IMG/VR virus record: IMGVR_UViG_3300021247_000307
DNA: 64,000 nucleotides
Source: an uncultured virus (IMG/VR IMGVR_UViG_3300021247_000307)
Lineage: Duplodnaviria; Heunggongvirae; Uroviricota; Caudoviricetes
Strand: one strand, 5' to 3'
Position 1 is the stretch's first letter. Every line of letters begins with the position of its first letter. The notes under the pieces are model-generated. The model was not told where the DNA came from. It ran no database searches and worked only from the letters and a program-made list of their open reading frames with translations. This document shows positions 57,213 through 64,000 of this stretch, piece by piece. Position numbers and translations under genes: made by a program.

Positions 57213-58304
57213 ATGAAACCATTATCATCAGTTTTTAATTATATGAGTAGTGTTGTTAGATATGCAGAATCTGATGATGACCAATTATTGTCATGGGCGT
57301 TACAAGCATGGAATTTACTTAACTATCCAACACTACAGAAAGTTAAAGACTTTGATATAGTAGAAGTTAATAATTATAAAGCACAATTACCAGCAACTAA
57401 AGATAAAATAATAGGAATAGAAGTAGCTAATGATTTAAATCAAGTTATGTATGACTATTCAAGAAGTACATACTTTACAGGAAATAACTTAGTAGAGTTT
57501 ACAAAGGATACAACACTAATGCCTTATGTTCAAGAATATCAGAATCCTGAAAGAACTGTTTCATGGACTAGACCTAACAGTACTCTACAAGCTGGTAGTA
57601 CAACTTTTGTATATTTTAATGGACAACTATCGCCTGATAGTCCAGAGTATTATACTATTAATAGTACTAATAATACTCTTACTATTGCTAATGATTATTA
57701 CAACGCTATATCTCCTACATTACTTACTATCGTTTCTTTCCAATCTACTGTAGTTCCTAAAGATAGTGTAACTACAAGTACAGGATTAATGTATGATAAT
57801 CCACTAGGAATACAAACTACTTATACTAATAGTACATTTGTTCCTAATCAAAAAGTTAATATACTTACTAATCAAACAATAGATTATCTATGTAGAGAGT
57901 GTGATGCTTCTGTACAAATAACTGGAAACATAGGAACATTTAATTTTGATACAGGTACTATTCTAGTACATTACTATACTCCATTAAAAGATGCTAGTGG
58001 TGAATATCTTATTCCTTCAGAACCTGAAGTTATATGGCATTACTTAGCTAAATATGTAGAAGAAAAACATTGGTATGAAAGAGGATTAATGGGTGAAGCT
58101 AATGGTTATCAATTATACCAAGCAATAAAACAAGAACGTAGTAATCTACACAACGATGTAAAGCGGAAGCTGACTATGATGACGATGAACATTAAAGACC
58201 AAATTAGTATGGTGTATGGACCAACTAGATTCTTAAAGATGGCTACAATGATTCATCGTAAATTCTCAAGAAGATACGAAGGCGGAAAACTAACATCAAC
58301 ATGA
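57213..58304 (+). CDS. tail ring-like protein with inserted beta domain
   Basis: EVNNYKAQLP, FNFDTG..HYY..DASGEYLIP. Confidence 0.6.
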   Translation: MKPLSSVFNYMSSVVRYAESDDDQLLSWALQAWNLLNYPTLQKVKDFDIVEVNNYKAQLPATKDKIIGIEVANDLNQVMYDYSRSTYFTGNNLVEFTKDTTLMPYVQEYQNPERTVSWTRPNSTLQAGSTTFVYFNGQLSPDSPEYYTINSTNNTLTIANDYYNAISPTLLTIVSFQSTVVPKDSVTTSTGLMYDNPLGIQTTYTNSTFVPNQKVNILTNQTIDYLCRECDASVQITGNIGTFNFDTGTILVHYYTPLKDASGEYLIPSEPEVIWHYLAKYVEEKHWYERGLMGEANGYQLYQAIKQERSNLHNDVKRKLTMMTMNIKDQISMVYGPTRFLKMATMIHRKFSRRYEGGKLTST

Positions 58305-58747
58305 AAGAACATACATCAAAAGAAATTGTACGTTACAACGTAGAGAAATTTGTAACAGAGGACTACTGGATAGGAGTAATATTTACTATGTTTAGTTGGA
58401 TAAGTAGCTTTATAATGTCAGTAGCTACATTTTTATCTTTTACATTAGTCATAGTTCTAGTAGATTTATATACTGGAAGAATGGCTGCAAAACATAGAGG
58501 TGAAGCTATTGAATCATCAGGCTATCGTCAAAGTGTAAAAAAGTATGTATTATATATGATAGGCATACTTATATCAGAATTATTTATAAGAGTATTCTCG
58601 TTGCCTATACCGTTAACGTATATGGTAGCTGGAGTTGTTGCATTAACTGAAATAAAGAGTATCTTTGAGAACATAGAAACTGTAACTGGTGTAGATTTAT
58701 GGGGATATGTTGGTGAGAAATTAACAAGATTAATACTAAGAAAATGA
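58301..58747 (+). CDS. holin (Phage_holin_4_1-like)
   Basis: 3 TM; DLYTG..AA..GE.IESS, KKYVLY, EIKSIFEN. Confidence 0.8.
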   Translation: MKEHTSKEIVRYNVEKFVTEDYWIGVIFTMFSWISSFIMSVATFLSFTLVIVLVDLYTGRMAAKHRGEAIESSGYRQSVKKYVLYMIGILISELFIRVFSLPIPLTYMVAGVVALTEIKSIFENIETVTGVDLWGYVGEKLTRLILRK

Positions 58748-59145
58748 AATTAGAATTAGTAAGTAACAATACAGCATTAAGAATTACTTCTACGTTATTT
58801 AATCCTGTATCAGGAGTTTATACTATTAGTGTTAATGATGCTGCTCCTGTAACTATATCTGTTACTAATACTTTATATTATGACTATACTATTAATCTAG
58901 CAGAAGGAGTTCATTCTGTAGTATTAAAAAGAGTATTGAATAGTGTTACAACATTAGATAAAGGATGTTTGTTTAAGAATGAAGAAACAGGTTGCAAAGT
59001 TGCTAAACAACTTGCATCAAACTATAATCAACAGTTAGCTACTACATATTTTGTATTAGTTACAGCTGCTGATAAATGTGTAGATTGTGAAGATTTAAAA
59101 GTTTTATATAACTCAATGGATTATGGAGATTGCGAGTTTTGTTAA
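58744..59145 (+). CDS. hypothetical virion-module protein
   Basis: Cys-rich C-terminus. Confidence 0.6.
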   Translation: MKLELVSNNTALRITSTLFNPVSGVYTISVNDAAPVTISVTNTLYYDYTINLAEGVHSVVLKRVLNSVTTLDKGCLFKNEETGCKVAKQLASNYNQQLATTYFVLVTAADKCVDCEDLKVLYNSMDYGDCEFC

Positions 59146-59404
59146 AAGTTTGGCAGATAGATATCGTTATGGTATTGATTGTATAATTGATAATAATGAT
59201 TTACTAGCATTAGCTTTATCTAAGATGCCTAATGAGTGTATAGAACCAATGGAATCTTGTAATGAAGGAGATGAATTAGGTATAGAATTAACTTGTGGAC
59301 AATTTACAAGTGTTATAACTAAAAATCCTAATAATAATATTGTTAAACTTAAATCAGCATTGTTAACAACAGTAAATACAATAGCTGCAATAACTAAAAT
59401 ATAA
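59123..59404 (+). CDS. hypothetical protein
   Basis: RYGIDC motif. Confidence 0.55.
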   Translation: MEIASFVKSLADRYRYGIDCIIDNNDLLALALSKMPNECIEPMESCNEGDELGIELTCGQFTSVITKNPNNNIVKLKSALLTTVNTIAAITKI

Positions 59405-59409
59405 ACACA

Positions 59410-59814
59410 ATGGCAAACTTATCAAACTATACAGAAAGTTTAATAGCTACATGGTTAGCTGGTGGTGCAGCACCTAGTCAATTAACTACAGTATTTTTAG
59501 ATGTGTATTCAGTACTTCCTGCTGAAGATGGTACTGGAGGTACTTCAGTATATCAAACATTAACTGGAAGTGCTGGAAGAAAATCATTAACTACAGCTAC
59601 AAGTTTTACAGCTACAAATGATGTTGTAAGAAATAATTTAATTGAGTTAACTACTAATGCTGGAGCTTGTACTATAGTAGGTTTTGCAATATGGACTGCT
59701 AATACAAGTGGTAGTATGATTTACTATGGTACAGTATCATCAAGTCCTGTAACTATAGGTGCTGGAGATACTGTTAGGTTTGATGCTAATTCTATAACAC
59801 TTACAGTAGCATAA
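59410..59814 (+). CDS. putative tail-associated protein
   Basis: LSNYTE..GTGG..IVGFAIW..GAGDTVRF. Confidence 0.6.
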   Translation: MANLSNYTESLIATWLAGGAAPSQLTTVFLDVYSVLPAEDGTGGTSVYQTLTGSAGRKSLTTATSFTATNDVVRNNLIELTTNAGACTIVGFAIWTANTSGSMIYYGTVSSSPVTIGAGDTVRFDANSITLTVA

Positions 59815-62585
59815 TGATTACAATAAATAGGACATATACTATTACACTATTAGATTCTAATGTAATTAATTACAATATTACATCTAATAAATTTTGCATT
59901 ACAATAGATAATGCAAGTGGAAGTTTCAATGGAACTACTAAGAAAATATATGTTACCTATTATATTACTGATTTAGATTGTTTTACTGGAAATACAATTA
60001 CTGTAATTATTACTAATGATAAAGGATGTTCTAATACATTTACAGATACTTTAGTAAATGAATGTAATAGTTTAGATGTAAATATAGAACAACCTGATGC
60101 TAATAATTTATCTTTTAATGCCATAGTAACTGGAGGTAAACCACCATATTTATATAATTGGATATACGGTTTAGAATCTCAATTTTCTAGTAATGAACCT
60201 AATACAGGATTTCATCCACAGAATCAGTTATCATTAACATGGAATCATAATCCTGCTAATATATTACCTCCAGGATATAAAAATCCTCAAGCAGTAAGAG
60301 TAAAAGTTAAAGATGTTAATGGATGTATAAGTGATGCAGTAAATTATTACACATTAACTTGTGAACCATTTGTAGCAAGTCAATCAGTAATAGCACAATG
60401 TTTTCCATTAAATGATGGAGATATAAGAAAGTTTATAATAACATTAACTAATTCAGGATGTGGTAATTTAGTTAATAATCCATTAGTTATAACTTATGCT
60501 GATGCAACACAAAGAAGTCTTGGTAATAATTCTTATGAAATAACTATTCCTGAATTTAGTACTACAACTGCTGTATTACCAATAACAGTAACTAATGATA
60601 AGAATGTACCAAGTAATACATTTAATGTTACAGTAACTAAATTAGGTACTTGTAAAATAAAACCTGATTGTGCTGCTGGATTTATATTAAACAATTATAC
60701 TAATAATAATAAAACAGTAACTTTTGATAATTCAGCATTTGCTTTAACAGAAGGAGTTGATTTTTCAACAGATTATATTGATTATAATACATTTACTTTT
60801 GTTGCTAGTTCTGGACAAGTATTAACTGATACTGTTACATTAACTGTTACAGGTAAAGGTGTTGCTACATTTAATCCTATAACTCAAATAATTACTTATA
60901 CAAAAACTACAGCAACAGTAGGGAACATTCCTATTAAATGGAAAGTTAAAAATGAATGTGATATATTCTCACAAGAATTTACATTGAATATAAATTCTGT
61001 AGAATCAATAACACCAGTTGTAAGTGATATAACTAAAACTATATTTCTTGGTGATACATCAACTACAACAATTACAGGAAATACTACTATATCTAAATTT
61101 GAAGTAGTATCTAATCCTACTATTGGTGTAACATCTACTAATAATACAAATATTGTAACTTATATTCCTACAAGTTATTCTACTACTCCTCAAGTATTAA
61201 TATTAAGACCAGTAAATCAATATGGTAAAGTAGGTAATAGTTTTACAATAACTTATACAATATTAAGTCCTGGAATATCTAATCCATTAGATGTATGTAC
61301 AATAACTAATCCTTATAATTTATTTAGTTTATTAATAGCAAATAGTTATACAACTGGAGGAACATGGACTACAACAAGTGGATTAAGTATAACAAGTAAT
61401 CAAGTTACCATAATAAATCCTGGAGTATATACTTTTACATATACTATTACTAATCCTACAAATTCTTCAACTAAGTCTATAACTACTTCAATTAATTATA
61501 TTAGTTTAAGTATTAGTAATGTAGATGTTACATATCTTACAAGTAATACTCGTAAAGTTAAAATAACAACAGCAGGATTTACAGAAGAACAGTTATCATT
61601 AATAGGATATGTAAATGTAAATGTTATATCTCCAGTTGGAACATTGACTATAACAAATAATGTTCTTGATTCAAGAACTAATAATATATTATTTACTACT
61701 ATTGATTTAACAAATGAAGATAGTACAGTTAAAACTGATTATACTTCTGTACAAGCTGTTATACCATCTGAATTAAATGTTTGTAGTAATCCTATTACTG
61801 GAACTTATAATAAAACACCAAAATTATTATCTTCTACATTAACAGCATCTGTAACTACTACAGCTACTATAACTAATATAGTAGAAGTTGTTGTATCATT
61901 AACATCAACGTTAACAGCTTCTGTTACAATGAATAATCCTCAAATATATATATCAGTAAATAGATTTACATTTGATGCTGATTATTTAATGGTACAGTAT
62001 GAATTTACAGATGGTCAAGATTTAGATACAAGAACTAGAATAGTAACTCCAGATATAGGACAAGATACTACAGTAGAATATATAGGATATGGAGCTAATT
62101 ATTGTAGTAGTGCTAATTATTCTACAAATGGAATTTATCCATTAGCTTCAGGAAATAATTATATACTTAAACATGCTTGTGATAATACAGGTCAAGGATT
62201 TGAAGCTGTACTAATAAACTTAAATAATTTTACAGCAGCATATCCAGCTGAAAATAATATAACTATTGATTGTAGAGGATGGTGGTATAATACAGTAGGA
62301 ACAAACCCTGTAAAACTTAATGTAACATTATGGAAAGCTGGTACTATAGTTCCACCTACATTTAACAATCCAGCATTAGATACACATTTTACATTTACTA
62401 ATCCTACAGCTACAGGAACATTACAAATAAAATCATCAGGTTCTACAGTTCAAGGACCAAATGTAGGAAGTACTACAGCACCTAATAATAATGAAGCATA
62501 TAGAATAGGTGTTATAAAATATAATTTATCAACTAATGTTGGAACAATAGATAATGCAGATGTTACAACACCAACAATAAACTAA
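59814..62585 (+). CDS. large Ig-like/SprB-repeat virion protein
   Basis: GGKPPYLYNW, VKDVNGC, GGTWT..GVYTFTY; C-terminal DGQDLDTRT domain. Confidence 0.65.
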   Translation: MITINRTYTITLLDSNVINYNITSNKFCITIDNASGSFNGTTKKIYVTYYITDLDCFTGNTITVIITNDKGCSNTFTDTLVNECNSLDVNIEQPDANNLSFNAIVTGGKPPYLYNWIYGLESQFSSNEPNTGFHPQNQLSLTWNHNPANILPPGYKNPQAVRVKVKDVNGCISDAVNYYTLTCEPFVASQSVIAQCFPLNDGDIRKFIITLTNSGCGNLVNNPLVITYADATQRSLGNNSYEITIPEFSTTTAVLPITVTNDKNVPSNTFNVTVTKLGTCKIKPDCAAGFILNNYTNNNKTVTFDNSAFALTEGVDFSTDYIDYNTFTFVASSGQVLTDTVTLTVTGKGVATFNPITQIITYTKTTATVGNIPIKWKVKNECDIFSQEFTLNINSVESITPVVSDITKTIFLGDTSTTTITGNTTISKFEVVSNPTIGVTSTNNTNIVTYIPTSYSTTPQVLILRPVNQYGKVGNSFTITYTILSPGISNPLDVCTITNPYNLFSLLIANSYTTGGTWTTTSGLSITSNQVTIINPGVYTFTYTITNPTNSSTKSITTSINYISLSISNVDVTYLTSNTRKVKITTAGFTEEQLSLIGYVNVNVISPVGTLTITNNVLDSRTNNILFTTIDLTNEDSTVKTDYTSVQAVIPSELNVCSNPITGTYNKTPKLLSSTLTASVTTTATITNIVEVVVSLTSTLTASVTMNNPQIYISVNRFTFDADYLMVQYEFTDGQDLDTRTRIVTPDIGQDTTVEYIGYGANYCSSANYSTNGIYPLASGNNYILKHACDNTGQGFEAVLINLNNFTAAYPAENNITIDCRGWWYNTVGTNPVKLNVTLWKAGTIVPPTFNNPALDTHFTFTNPTATGTLQIKSSGSTVQGPNVGSTTAPNNNEAYRIGVIKYNLSTNVGTIDNADVTTPTIN

Positions 62586-62590
62586 AATAA

Positions 62591-64000
62591 ATGATAGAAA
62601 AACTAAATGACTTAACACACGATTGCATATTAACATTCGATTCTACGATTAGGTCTTATGATTTTCTATTAATTGCAGATGTACATTTTGATAGTGTAAG
62701 TTGTGATAGAGAGTTATTAAAAAAACATCTTGATGAAGTAGTAGAACGAAATGCTAAAGTATTAATCTTTGGAGATTTCTTTGATATAATGGGTGGTAAG
62801 TTTGATAAGAGAAGTAGTAAAGGAGATTTAAGACCTGAATATAATACATCTAATTACATAGATAATGTTGTAGATGATGCTATAGATTTCTTATCTCCCT
62901 ACAAAGAATATATAATTTTTATTAGTCCTGGAAATCATGAACTAAGTATTCTTAGATATCATGAAACAGATGTTATAAAAAGATTAGCTAAAGCGTTAGA
63001 TGCTGAAGTTGGTACTTACGGTGGATGGTTAAGAATGAGATATTCTTTTAAAGATGCAGGAAATAGAGGTTCATATAAAATAGCTTATAATCATGGCTAT
63101 GGTGGTGGTGGACCAGTTACTAAAGATGTTATACAGACTAATAGAAAAGCTGTATATCTTCCTGATGCTGATATAGTTATTAGTGGACATTGTTTTGATA
63201 CTGAAACAGAAATATTAACTACTAATGGTTGGATTACTTATAATAATATTACATTAGATACAGAAGTTGCTACAATGAATTTAGATAACAAACTAATGGA
63301 ATATCAAAAAGTTAATTCAATTCATACTTATGATGATTATACAGAACTTCAACATGTAAAATGTAAAGGAATTGATATAATGACTACAGATAAACATGGA
63401 ATGATTTATAAATCTTATAGACATGGTACTATACATAAGTGTGAAATGTCTGAATTTATAACTAAAAAAGAAGTAGAGATATTTAATTCTTGTGAAGGTT
63501 ATAATCAAACAACAGGTTTATTTGAAGATAAGTATTTATATTTAGCAGCATGGATTGTATCAGATGGTTCTATTACACAGAAAGCTATAAAATTTCATTT
63601 TAATAAAGAACGTAAAATTAATAGAGTAGAAGAATTATTAAATAAAGCTGATATAACTTATACTAAATCAATAAGTAAAAAAGGTAACACTAAATTGTAT
63701 ATTTCTGTAGAACAATCTACAAAGATATTAGAACATTTAGAATTAAAAGATAAGAACTTTTCTAAGTCATATTATTTACTAGATGCAAGACAATGTGATA
63801 TAGTATTAAATGAATATAGATATGCTGATGGGCATTCTACAGAAACACACGATTCTTATGTATTGTATGCTAAGAATGATATTAATTTGAATATACTACA
63901 ATCTATGTGTATTAAGACTAATAGAAAATCTACATTATATGATGAGTTAGAAAAAGGTAGATTGTTTAGATTAAATGTTAGTACTAAAAGTACTACTTTC
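62591..64000 (+). CDS. calcineurin-like metallophosphoesterase with intein (runs off the window)
   Basis: Read by hand: ADVH, GDFFD, GNHE, HG, SGH, then an intein starting at Cys201. Confidence 0.88.
   Translation, partial: MIEKLNDLTHDCILTFDSTIRSYDFLLIADVHFDSVSCDRELLKKHLDEVVERNAKVLIFGDFFDIMGGKFDKRSSKGDLRPEYNTSNYIDNVVDDAIDFLSPYKEYIIFISPGNHELSILRYHETDVIKRLAKALDAEVGTYGGWLRMRYSFKDAGNRGSYKIAYNHGYGGGGPVTKDVIQTNRKAVYLPDADIVISGHCFDTETEILTTNGWITYNNITLDTEVATMNLDNKLMEYQKVNSIHTYDDYTELQHVKCKGIDIMTTDKHGMIYKSYRHGTIHKCEMSEFITKKEVEIFNSCEGYNQTTGLFEDKYLYLAAWIVSDGSITQKAIKFHFNKERKINRVEELLNKADITYTKSISKKGNTKLYISVEQSTKILEHLELKDKNFSKSYYLLDARQCDIVLNEYRYADGHSTETHDSYVLYAKNDINLNILQSMCIKTNRKSTLYDELEKGRLFRLNVSTKSTTF
63191..64000 (+). 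mobile_element. intein with LAGLIDADG endonuclease (partial)
   Basis: Block A CFDTETEILTTNGW, block B TTDKH, blocks C/E LAAWIVSDGS and LNEYRYADG. Confidence 0.88.

Noticed and set aside
52598..62585. Diversity-generating retroelement acting on fibre genes
   Set aside because: No reverse transcriptase or adenine-variant TR/VR pair was seen in the window
36783..63508. Minus-strand or nested ORFs in the plus-strand arm (36783, 38628, 39249, 44788, 46310, 47174, 50592, 51424, 56497, 57526, 63317)
   Set aside because: They are shadow frames of structural genes or of the intein
1..64000. Stop-codon reassignment as seen in some crAss-like phages
   Set aside because: TerL, portal, MCP, PolB and fibre ORFs are full length in the standard code, and no suppressor tRNA is visible

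Overview
This is a 64-kb AT-rich fragment of a crAss-like (Crassvirales-type) phage, very likely infecting Bacteroidota, as judged from TTTG-N19/20-TAnnTTTG promoters and A-rich leaders without Shine-Dalgarno sites. Standard genetic code gives intact long ORFs. The left arm (1-34.1 kb, minus strand) carries small accessory genes, nucleotide metabolism and repair genes (ThyX, dCMP deaminase, SPL-like radical SAM, dNTP pyrophosphatases, variant UDG), a putative Ubl-E2-JAB-E1 ubiquitin-like conjugation operon, and a replication module (primase, AAA ATPase, DnaB-like and SF2 helicases, family B polymerase). It also holds an RNA-rich early region with tRNA-shaped shells that have no anticodon arm (four here, a fifth at 3.3 kb), a twister ribozyme, several structured RNA candidates and a repeated phage-specific promoter-like motif. 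The right arm (34.2-64 kb, plus strand) carries putative virion cargo proteins, amidase, TerL, portal, scaffold-like protein, major capsid protein, ring/tail proteins, a signal-peptide fibre-like protein, a holin and a metallophosphoesterase with a LAGLIDADG intein cut by the window edge. The most notable candidates are the ubiquitin-like operon, the tRNA shells with identical ends and swapped cores, an HNH cassette that split the SPL gene and supplied a replacement N-terminus, and a secreted fibre protein rich in Bacteroidota O-glycosylation sequons. All calls come from motif recognition by eye; no searches were run.
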